From the NCBI GenBank assembly GCA_000388065.2, contig KB932203.1: a stretch of 64,000 nt of DNA; one strand, 5' to 3'. The notes below the pieces were generated by a model. It searched no databases. It had not been told where the DNA came from and saw only the letters and a list, made by a program, of their open reading frames with translations. Every line of letters begins with the position of its first letter. The stretch's first letter is position 1. Made by a program: the position numbers and the translations under genes. Positions 37,901-48,067 of this stretch are shown here, in pieces. This DNA is from Fonticula alba ATCC 38817 (taxonomy: Eukaryota > Protista > Nucleariida).

Positions 37901-40900
37901 CGCATGTGCGCGAGTATTTCCTGCGTCGCCCGCAACAGCCGGTCGACTGGGCACGCTGCCCCCTGACCGAGGAGGACCAGGTGGCCCTGTGCGTCGGGGC
38001 TGCGCGAGCTTTCTTCGACTCCGAGGCCGACCTTCGCCAGGGCGAGGGGCTCGCCAAGGCCCGCAGCTGGTACGTACCTCTGCTGGGGGCCCATCGGCCG
38101 GATTGCCTTTGCCTTACCGCGGGCGGGACACGACTGGGTGGGGGGGGGGGGGGAAAGCAAAGCAATGCCCTGACTTTCGAATGGCCCCCGCGTCCGGCGC
38201 CATCCTCCCAGCCTGGTGCTGGCCCCGGCCGAGCATGAGGCGGTCCAGCGTGAGCGGGACCACATCGATGCGGCGCTGGCGCTGGCGACAGCCGGGGCCG
38301 AGCTCAGCCCCGGGGTCCCACTGCACCCTGGCCAGCTGGCCGGTCTCCGGTGGGACCCGGCGATGTCCCCCGGCGCCTCCAGTGGGGGCTCCCTGAACGG
38401 GGAATTGTCAAGTCGCGGGGCCGGCCTCCTCCGGGGGATGGCAGCCGGCCAGGGCTCGGCCGATGCGGCCGCTGTGCCGGACCACATCCATGTCCGACGC
38501 CTGCGTGTGTGCTTGGATTTGATCGAAACAACGCGCGGTCGGGCGGTGGTCCCATCCATCGAGGCCATTGGTCGGCGCCCGGGCACCACCGGCGCCGATG
38601 CCGGGACCAATGTCTGGCAGCTGGCACGGCTCCTGCGTTTGGACCTGCCGGCGTGGGCCACTGGCGAGGTTGGCGGCCGGTCGGATGGGTCTTGCACCGG
38701 GCGCTCGCTGGCCGCCTGGGCCCGGATCCTGGCGTCGCTGGCGCTGGCTTCGCATGAGCACCACTTCGATGCGCGTCTCAGCTGGAATGCCCTGCGGCCG
38801 CTCACTTCGCCGGCCGTCGTCAGCGGCCTGCTTGTCCTGGAGCCCGGGGACAACATGATGCCGGTCGAGCAAGGCGCCGCCCTTCCGGCACCCCGACTGC
38901 TGGCCAGTCGCATCCCGGACCTTCGTCACACGGTGGCCACGGCTGCTTCGCTGGTGGGCCGGGCCTTCTCGGAAACGGCCTCCGGATCTGCTCCATCTGC
39001 TATGGCCGACCGAGGCACAGGACCCGGTCCTTTGGATGCCGTGCGCGCGGCAGCCTCCCTCATGGCCCTGGCCTCATGCCTGGCGCCGGCTGTGCCGGTG
39101 TATCGCCTAACCGAGGAGGAGCCCTTTGTCTGGGCCCCGCCCGAGGCCGCTTCGGCGGTGTCTCTCCCCCGAAGCCCGGTGGAATTGGTCGCCCGGGGCT
39201 TATTGGCGGCGGCCGGGCCGGAGGCTGGTGCCTCGACCGCGCGACCGGCCCTGGTGGCCGGAGCATCGGTGAGCTCCGCCGTCAGCCAGTTCCGCACTTT
39301 GGCCGCGGAGCTGGAAGTCCTGGCGCCGGCCGGCTCGGCGGCCGGGGCAACCGGCGGCGCGTCTCTGCCCGTGTATGTGCCTGTCGCCGGCCCGGCGGCC
39401 TCTTCGGCCCAGCTGCTGAAACCCGCGGCCCTGGGTGATCTTTTCGAGCGCTCCCAGCGCTTGAACGACCAATATGTCGCCCGGCGAGAGGCACACCATC
39501 GGACGTCGGCCATCCATCGATCCTTCCTTGCTCTCACTGGTGCTCAGCTCAGGTGCGCACCTTCCCCCATTTAGCCTGCCCTCCCCCCAAAGCCTTGCTC
39601 CCTCGCCCTTCCCCTCCTCCTCCTCCCCCTCCCCCTTCCTCTTTGCAGATGTCTCGTCATGGACCGGCTCATCCGACGTCGTGAACCGGACAGATACCGA
39701 GACTAGATTGAGGGGCCAATCTCGAGCAGGAGCGGGTCCCAGCGTGTGTCTGTATGTGTGTGTGTGTGTGTATGTGTTGGATTGGGACGTTTGGCGTGGA
39801 ACCGCATGGGTGGCGGCTTTTCTGCCGAGCCACATCGATCGCCCTTTCCACGGCCACTGGCATGCCCACCGGAGGAACTCGCTTGAGGACGGCCCCTGGC
39901 CCCGAAGAAACAGCAGGCAATGCCCGGCCACCTCCACGTGCAGGGGGAATCGGGTGTGCCGCTGTCCCGGGAGGGCGAGCCGTCCCCGGCGCGGCTTTTG
40001 TCATGGATATTGCCAGGCGGTGGGAACATACGCCATCCTCCCCCATCCACCATGCCGCCCACCTCCCATCAGCCGCCCTCGCTGGGCTCCTCCTTTTCCG
40101 GCTTTGCCCCCCAGCGAGTGTGGTGATACACTCCTGGACATGCCTTCAACTTGCTTCCCCATCTCAACACCTACGCCTCCCCGTGCCGCTCCCCGCCGCC
40201 CTCTTTTTCCTCTTCCGGTCAAGACACTTACAAGCATGCGCACCCTTTGATTTCAGTTTTGGCCTCGGATCCGCGCTTCAGCTCCACTCGCCAAGCGCGC
40301 TCCTGGAGCAGGTCCACGCACATGTGGCTGCCCTGAGCGGCCAGCCGCCCTCCTTGTCGGCGATCTTGTGCTTGGTGCCTCTGGTGGCCGATGTACTGCT
40401 CGGACGCGTGGAGCCATCCAGCGCCGAGGCGGCGACGGTGGCCATGACTGCCCTTCACACTCGCCGTGTCTCCCTGGCACAGGCGCTCCTGGCATCCTGC
40501 CGATTGGATCAGTGTGCCCTCCTGGTGGCCTGGCTTTTGAGCATGCCCGGCGATGTGGCGCACAACGAGCATCGGCATGATCTCCTCCTGCTGACCGCCG
40601 ACCTGGCAGTCAATCCCCTTTGCCAGGAGACGGATTTGCCCTTCCGCAACCGGGGCATCCTCCTGGACATGGCCGGGCGACAGCATGCCCTTCTGCGCGT
40701 GGCCTCCGGCCAATTGGACACGGACATCCTGCGCGCGGTCATCCTCCTGGCCGGCAACTTGCCAATCGCTGGCAGCGGCGAATCACAGCCGGGTGGCCCT
40801 GTGCCAGGATCGCCGGCCGAGCTCCCCCGGCCTCTCGATTCGGCCGACCTACTGACCATCGTGTCGACCTTCCTTTCGCTGTCCTACGCCTGGGATGAAG

Positions 40901-40908
40901 AGGGCTAG
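32700..40908 (+). CDS. NBAS: NBAS/NAG (Sec39-domain ER tethering factor of the NRZ/Dsl1 complex), multi-exon; start approximate
   Basis: Propeller-like N-region (PDPLRRLAL...LGLATHNGSAAFFAL) then Sec39-like blocks CRARLLALRRRLAAFQAIV, FRAFCRADLLYCARRLAETGRAASL, LLWLLPATADLAPVLRLLP, EDWAER, MAQWYLAFG, in the order of recalled human NBAS motifs. ORFs 32700, 33252, 33692, 38216 and 39754 are separated by GT-AG introns. Confidence 0.8.
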
Positions 40909-41164
40909 GGCGGCCTTGATGGGGAGCACATGCCGGCTGCCGATGGCCGACTGCAATTGACAATGCCCCCCGGAATGGGCCGCATCCTCCATGCTGCCGA
41001 CGGCCCTCAAAAGAATCAAGCGGACATTCTACGTGTAAGTGTGTATTGTGGCAAGAGTGGCGCCATGGACAGGGCACACACACGGCCACGGTGCCAAGGG
41101 GAAACGCCCCCCTCCCCGACAACCAAGGCCAAACGGGGCCGAGCATGGGAGGAGTGTGCATGCT

Positions 41165-44100
41165 CTATGACTTGAAGCGCTTCGCTGGGTGGCCCTCTGC
41201 CTCCTCCGGGCGCGGAGAGGGCGGCGAGTCGGAGGTCGGGTTGAAGCTCGAAGAGAAGCTGGTGTCTGAGATATCGGTGAAGTCGTCCGAGAAGGGGGAC
41301 GAATGGGGGTCGGTGCCAGTAGCCAGGGCGGAAGTGGCCGCAGACGCGAGCGAGTCGGCCGTGCTGCTGGCGACCGGGGCCGGGGTGGCGGCACTGCCGG
41401 CCACCGAGGAGGGACCGGAAGATTGCACCGCTGCCGGGGGCGCCGGTCCGGGGACAGGAGCCGCCACACTGCCCGCGGCCGCGGCCGCGGGCGAGGCATA
41501 GGGATGCACACCACCGGGCCAGGATATCCCCGGGCGCTTGCGGTTCATCATGGGCCCCGGACCGCCGGAGTGGTGGAAATGGGGAGACATCGCGCCGACC
41601 GGTGGCGGGTAATGATGCCCCGGCGGGGCCCCATGCGGCGGGAGGTAGTGCCCGCCAGGTCCAAAGTGCGGCGGCATGCCGTGCATAGGATGGAGGTGCT
41701 GGGGCCCGCCCGGGCCACCGGGGCCTGGTGGAAAATGCCCGAACCCGGGCGGCCCGCCGCCCGGTCCCCGTCCAGGGTGCGCATTGGTGAAGAAATCGTG
41801 GGGCTTCTCCCGGGGGAAGCCTTTTTCCCTCACCCGGCGAACCGACGCCTCGATGGAGGCCAGCAGACGCGGCTCATCCAGATTCTCCTGAATCGAGCGG
41901 AAGACATTGCGCGCAGTGGTCATCTGGTTGGGCTCCGACTTGTCCGGCCGACCACGCAACAGCCGCCATGTCTGGCCTTTGGCATATACACACTCGACGA
42001 TCTGCTCATGGAGCTCCCTACATGAACGTGCAATGAGTGTGTGTGTGTGTGTGNNNNNNNNNNNNNNNNNNNNNNNNNNNNNNNNNNNNNNNNNNNNNNN
42101 NNNNNNNNNNNNNNNNNNNNNNNNNNNNNNNNNNNNNNNNNNNNNNNNNNNNNNNNNNNNNNNNNNNNNNNNNNNNNNNNNNNNNNNNNNNNNNNNNNNN
42201 NNNNNNNNNNNNNNNNNNNNNNNNNNNNNNNNNNNNNNNNNNNNNNNNNNNNNNNNNNNNNNNNNNNNNNNNNNNNNNNNNNNNNNNNNNNNNNNNNNNN
42301 NNNNNNNNNNNNNNNNNNNNNNNNNNNNNNNNNNNNNNNNNNNNNNNNNNNNNNNNNNNNNNNNNNNNNNNNNNNNNNNNNNNNNNNNNNNNNNNNNNNN
42401 NNNNNNNNNNNNNNNNNNNNNNNNNNNNNNNNNNNNNNNNNNNNNNNNNNNNNNNNNNNNNNNNNNNNNNNNNNNNNNNNNNNNNNNNNNNNNNNNNNNN
42501 NNNNNNNNNNNNNNNNNNNNNNNNNNNNNNNNNNNNNNNNNNNNNNNNNNNNNNNNNNNNNNNNNNNNNNNNNNNNNNNNNNNNNNNNNNNNNNNNNNNN
42601 NNNNNNNNNNNNNNNNNNNNNNNNNNNNNNNNNNNNNNNNNNNNNNNNNNNNNNNNNNNNNNNNNNNNNNNNNNNNGGGGTGGGGAGGGGGGGGGGAGCA
42701 TCAGGTCGAACCTGCTCCGCGGCAGCAAACATCAGCCCGTCGTTCTCGTGCGGCAGAGACTGGATGATCTTCAGGATGCGGCCAACTTGCTCAATCGGCA
42801 GGAAGAGCTTCATCCGGAGGGAGAAGGGCTCGGAATTCCAATCAAAAGACGGATTTTGCGCACGATACGCGTTGCGCCCGCCCGTGATCTCGCCCTGTGC
42901 AGAAGAGAAGCGGCGAATGCAGGATGTCAGTGATTTGCGCATGACCGAGATCGACCGGGGAAAGAGCCCATGCAGGGAGATGATGGGCATACCTCGGCCA
43001 TCTTCAGCCGGGCCTTGTACGGCATATCGACAACGGACTTGCCCCGCAAGGCCATGATATCGTACACCAAAAAGCGGTTGCGGAAGTCTGGCGTTGAGCC
43101 CGGGATGGAATCCACCACGATTTCCCCATCCAACAGAGTGCGCGTAAGCTACGACGAATGCGGGAGGGCCGGCGAATCATGCTTATGTCAGTGACCTCTG
43201 CAGTGGGCAATCGGACAAGGGGGGGAACGGAGAAAGAACAGGAGGAAGAGCAGGAGGAAGAGCAGGAGGAAGAGCAGGAGGAAGAGCAGGAGGAAGAGCA
43301 GGAGGAAGAGCAGGAAGGAGGGAGGGAGGGAGGAGGACCCATCCGGCAAGAGAGGGAAGATCAACCGGGGGCGACGCACAGGCGGCTGGCCCGGCAGGGG
43401 AGCCATCTTCATGCCAGCCACTTCGTAGAAGTTGAAGTGCCGATCTGCCATGTACACCAGATCATTCTCCCAGATGACCATGAAGAAACGCCCGCCATCG
43501 GCCTTCCAGGAGACCAGGCACTCAACACGATCGAAGTGCGACAGGCGGTCAATGGTCAACGACACCGGCATGGCCCCGGGGAAGCGCCGGCGCTTGGTTT
43601 GCGACTCAGAAGCGCGGCACATCTCCAGGGAAAAGTTCTGCAGGGTACTCAGAAGAACCGGGTCGGCCACCAGCGTGCCAATATCCCCGCGCGGGCCGAT
43701 CATGTGGGGAGCGCTGGCGGCTAGAGGGTCGAGGAATTAGCATGAGCCCGAGCGAGCGAGGCAGGGGGAGGAAAAGAGGAACACACGCTTGCCACCACCG
43801 TCCTGGTAAGGATCAAAGGCGTCCGGACCGTCGCCCAGGTGCCAAGTCGGCATTTCCGGGAAGGTGATCATGTCTTCATTGCCCTGGTACCGAGCCAGGA
43901 GATCCCGCAAGTAGTCGTGCTTGTAAATGCCAGGCTCGCTGTTGGCGGGGCAGGCGAGAGGTCCGGCGTCAGCATGATGCGAGGGCAGGGGGGAGGGGAG
44001 ACATGAAAGCAGGGGAAAGACATCGATCGGCATGAATGTGCCATCACCAGGCACGGCCACGCACCGGCTCTTGGCGAAGATATTGATGGCCGCATCGACC

Positions 44101-44956
44101 GAAAGCCCGCACCGCATGCGGGCATATGCGGCCAGCATGAATCCGGTGCGGTTACAGCCGTGGGTGCAGTGGACAGCTATCGCGCGAGGGACATCATATG
44201 TGCGCGCATATGGGTGTGTATGAATGCCAAGAAGTGAGGAAGAGGGGGGGGGGGGACAGAGTGAGTATTATGCCTGTCTGAATGTGGACATGAACTTGGG
44301 CCTTGCTTCGGGAGGCGTACCAATGATCTTCTCCGGGTTGTGGACGAGGAAGGAGTCGACCGCCGAGACAAACTGCGACACCTGATCCGGCGTGGGAGTT
44401 GCGCCGCGGCTGCACAGCGAGACACAGAGACAGGGAGGCAAGAAGGAAAACAGAGGCAGAGCCAGAATGGGCGTCAGCTAGGCGCGAGGCCACATGAGAA
44501 CCATGATCAAAGACAGGGCAGGCCCCGACGCACCCTTGGCAGATGATCTTCACATAACGCGCAGCCAGGTCCGTCACGATGCGCTCATCATAGTACCGGC
44601 TTGATTTGGTCAGGTCAATCACCAGGCCGATGGTGCCCTGGTGAGTGATTCAATGAGGCAGAGACACGGGGGAGGAGGGGGAGGAGAGGGACGGGGGGGG
44701 GGNNNNNNNNNNNNNNNNNNNNNNNNNNNNNNNNNNNNNNNNNNNNNNNNNNNGCCTCTTCCCTTCGCTTTTTACCTTTCTACTCCCCCCCCCCCTGTTG
44801 TTGCTACTTTTGTTGTTGGGTTTGTTTGTTGCTGTTGTTTGGGGGGCTTTTTTTTTTCGAGCACCCCCTTCCCCCGCCCCCCTCCATATCTCCTCGTCCG
44901 ATCGCGTCACGGGTGCGCAGACGCACCCGCATCTATTTTCACCATTGAAAATACAA

Positions 44957-44999
<43 letters not shown>

Positions 45000-45742
45000 G
45001 GCGCTGTGATGGCGGCAGAAACTTCCCTCTTCCCAAGCGCGGACCTTCCCCTGGCTGGGGTGGTCTTCATGATATGCCCGGAGCTGGATGGCCTTGAGCC
45101 GGTAGATTGCAAGCGGGTATGTGTTGTCCGCATTCGGCAGTCTTGCTCTTTTCCTGCGATGCTCACACATTCACACTCGTACTCACACTTCCGCAAAAGA
45201 CATCCATCTTGGCCATGCGGCTTGGGGCAGTGTTTCTTCGCCCCTCGCGCAAAAGGAAATACCACATCGAAGAACGCTTGCTCTTCGGAGCCGACAATCC
45301 GCCCTCCCCGGCTGACGCCCCTGAGCGGGGTCAGTCACGCTTCCGGGGGCGATGGATGAGCAGCGAACGAGGATGAGACAGGGGGGTGCCCGAGCAACGA
45401 ACCCAGTTGTTCTTCTCCGCCTCGGCGAAGAGCATCTGAGGCGTCCAGTAGTCCTCCTTGCGCAAACGCGAGTCGTAATTGGAGTCGAGGGGTGCCTTGA
45501 GCGCAAGGAAATTCACCGTCTTGCCCGTTTGAACTGGAAACAACCCCAGGCGAGGGGAAAGCGAGGGGGGCGCATGAGAAGGGCCGGTAAGCGGCAATTC
45601 CACACAAGGGAGGTATGCGAGAGACAAAAAGATCATGCATGCGCGCATGTGCACCATTGGTAAAGCTGACGGGGTTGACATTCGGGCAGCCCACCCAGTT
45701 CGGCGGAAGATCAGGGGGTGAGGCAAGCCGACGGTAGCTCAT
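41165..45742 (-). CDS. RNGTT: Bifunctional mRNA capping enzyme (Cys-type RNA triphosphatase + guanylyltransferase), animal/plant RNGTT type; two internal exons missing here (N gap 42054-42676)
   Basis: PPNWVGCP; FLALKAPLDSNYD; VIDLTKSSRYYD; AVHCTHGCNRTG; PGIYKHDYL; FPGAMPVSL; SWKADG (motif I); LLDGEIV (III); FLVYDIM (IIIa); HENDGLMF (IV); IVECVY...WRLLRGRPDKSEPN (VI). Confidence 0.95.
43239..43310. repeat. 12-bp tandem repeat (CAGGAGGAAGAG) x6 in a capping-enzyme intron
   Basis: Direct sequence. Confidence 0.95.
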
Positions 45743-46821
45743 AATCCGGGCAGGAGCGGGCGGGAGGAGGAGGGGAGGAGGGGGCTGAAGAGGAAAGAGA
45801 AAGAGCCCAGGAAGGTGATGCGGTGAAGGAGGGCAGAGACAGAAGCGAAGAGGGATGTGATAGGGTGGGTGGGTGGGGGGGAGGGAGGGGGGAGGGGGCG
45901 GGATACCGGGCACTTGGGCAGCCGATGGCCAGATGTGGTGGCCGAAAAAGCGGGCCACACCATCGACCGGTGACCCACGATGGAGGGGGGGAGGGGGAAC
46001 CCATGCGACGGGCACGAAAACACCCCCGCCGCCTCGGCTGCTGATCCTAACGCGAAATGGGCTCAGCTCCGGAGAAAAGGGAATGATCCCGCCTCCCTCT
46101 TCTCAGGCGCGCTAGTTGCGTGGACTGCCCGGAGGAAGACGCGCAGTCTCTCCAGCGATGCCAGCCACGCCAAAGGTGTGTGCTAGATACTTTTCGGCAT
46201 ATATTTAAATGCTGGAGAAATATCGGCGCCCAAGAAAATACCGGTCCCCGCCCCCCCCCCCCCTCTCATCGTGAGCCGCCAAATGACCCCCTTGCCCAAA
46301 CCCCGAGACAACGCCCAGCCCCGGTCGCCCTCCCGCCACACCGGACCAGCGATCTTGCCGCAAGTCCCCGGCGATCCTGACCGGCTTGGAAGGAAAGATG
46401 CCGGAGATCACCCCTCCCCGCTGGACGTGTGGTTCCCTCCCGGCATGGAAGGGCGCGAGAAGCCGTCTCCTGGCCCAGGGCCAAAGGGGGGGCGAGGGGG
46501 GCTAGCGCGGCCCAGCGGTCGTGGAACAGCTGTCGGTCCGCCGGCATGCGGCTCGGGCCGTATGCCGTCGCACTGGCCAGGCTCCCAGGCAAGTGTTGGA
46601 CCGTGGTGCTTGAGTGCCGCCGGTCGACCGGCGCCTGCCGCCGGATGAAATGGCGTTCGGGAGCCTGATGAGGCCGCGTGATCTGGCGGCCCGAAGGAAA
46701 CGGTTGACCCATTTTAAATCTCTCCCCCCGCAATCTATTCAAATTTGCCGCCGCAGCAGGGAAGGCCACCGCGCGCCTATCAGGTGGGGTGGCGCGATCG
46801 CTCCGGGGGTCCCAACCGCAG

Positions 46822-46902
46822 GAGGAATCCAAGCACTGGCTGATCTCGAATGGCCGCCCGCCGCACATGGGCACCCTCATTTTCAAGACCAAGGCCGGTG
46901 AG
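46822..46902 (+). CDS. Isolated coding-like exon cut off by the N gap; weak resemblance to a cyclophilin (CWC27-like) N-terminus
   Basis: CAG acceptor and GTGAGG donor; preferred codons; EESKHWLISNGRPPHMGTLIFKTKAGE resembles EPPTNGKVLLKTTAGD by eye only. Start codon not found. Confidence 0.3.
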
Positions 46903-47005
46903 GTGAGGGTGGGCCCTCCTTCGGTTCACACCCCCTCCTTGCCTCCCTCCCCCCCCCCCNNNNNNNNNNGAGAGGGAGAGGGAGAGGGAGAGGGAGAGGA
47001 CGCAC

Positions 47006-47312
47006 AGGCTCTCCGGAGTGAGGTGTTCGAGCGTGCCGAAGTGGACAATGGCGTTGCGATTGGCGACGTAGAGGTTGCCGACACGCGTGCGGGGATGCCC
47101 CTCGCGAACGATTTCATCAATCTAGCCGGCGGCACGGAGCAGAGTGAGTGGAAGCCATGAAGAAGAAAGGTACGCCGCAGCAGGAAGAGAGAAGAGAACA
47201 TGGGAAGGGGGGGGGGCATGGAAAAAGGGGATACCTTCAGGAGGAAGTCGATGGAATTCAGGTTGGCTGGCTTCCATTTGAGGATGTAGTTGTTTGACCC
47301 ACAAATATAGGG
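47006..47312 (-). CDS. RNGTT: Two displaced internal exons of the capping enzyme (47235-47312 motif V; 47006-47121 OB-fold)
   Basis: Encode PYICGSNNYILKWKPANLNSIDFLLK and IDEIVREGHPRTRVGNLYVANRNAIVHFGTLEHLTPESL. Splice phases (0,0,2) join exactly between the exon ending 42712 and the exon starting 42017. Confidence 0.93.
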
Positions 47313-47517
47313 CTTTTGGAGGGGGAATGGAGGGGAGATCAACAATCCCGGGAATGCGACGCCCGGGGGGGGGGGGGGGGGAAAAAGAGAGGAGTTAGAC
47401 ACGAGCAAGCAGGAAAGTGGCATATNNNNNNNNNNGGCATTGCGGTCAGCGGCGTGAGGGCCGGGCAGATGGGGAGGGGGCGCGGGCGCCAGGCGCCGGG
47501 CGGGATGCGGCGCGCAC

Positions 47518-48067
47518 CCGATGCTGCCGAACAGGCGCTGCTGGCCATAGCGATCGGAGTTCTTTCCCAGGACCTTGAGCACCACGGTGTCGATGAGGAA
47601 GTACACCGGGCTGCCGAAGAACTCGCACGTCAGCACCACGAAGGCCAGCAGGGCGAAGCGCTCGGCCGGGATGAAGGCGATCAGCGTGCGGATGACCGCG
47701 CTCAGGACGAAGACCGTCAGCAGCAGCCACCGAGTCCGCCGGGCCCGATCGGCGATGATGGAAAAGAGCGGGGCCCCGGCGAAGAAGACGAACGGCCGCG
47801 CGCAGAGGATGATCCCGATCTCCGAGGGGGTGAGCCCGCGCCCGGCGAAGATCACCGACAGGAAGGGCCCGAGTGAGGCGAAGGTGGCTGCCAGGGCCGG
47901 GGCGACGGGCCGGCGTTAGTGGCGACGGGGGCGAGCGGGCGCGGCGGCGGCGGCGGGGCGTGTCGGGCGGGCGGCGCACCGGCGACAAAGGTATAGAGGA
48001 TCTTGAAGACCAGCAAGTCCCGGTCGACCTCGATGGCCTTCAGCCGGCCGAGCAGCGACGACGCCAT
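47518..48067 (-). CDS. MFS transporter, MFSD6/MFS_1-like; only the first two exons are present, 3' part missing at the gap
   Basis: MASSLLGRLKAIEVDRDLLVFKILYTFVA|ATFASLGPFLSVIFAGRGLTPSEIG...PLFSIIADRARR...DTVVLKVLG...YGQQRLFGSIG, then a GTGCGC donor and an N gap; CTAAC branch point in intron 1. Confidence 0.85.

Noticed and set aside
35127-38913. 673-aa and 784-aa minus-strand ORFs
   Set aside because: Antisense shadows of NBAS exons.
41907-43057. ORFs spanning the 623-N gap (and similar ones at 61422-62625)
   Set aside because: Artefacts of translating through Ns.
43158-43724. ORF with (EEEQ)n and a CRISPR-like appearance of the 12-bp repeat
   Set aside because: Simple tandem repeat with no spacers, inside a capping-enzyme intron; no cas genes; eukaryotic context.
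46266-46892. 208-aa minus-strand ORF as the missing MFS C-terminal half
   Set aside because: No hydrophobic helices or MFS motifs, and plus-strand splice signals fit this segment better.
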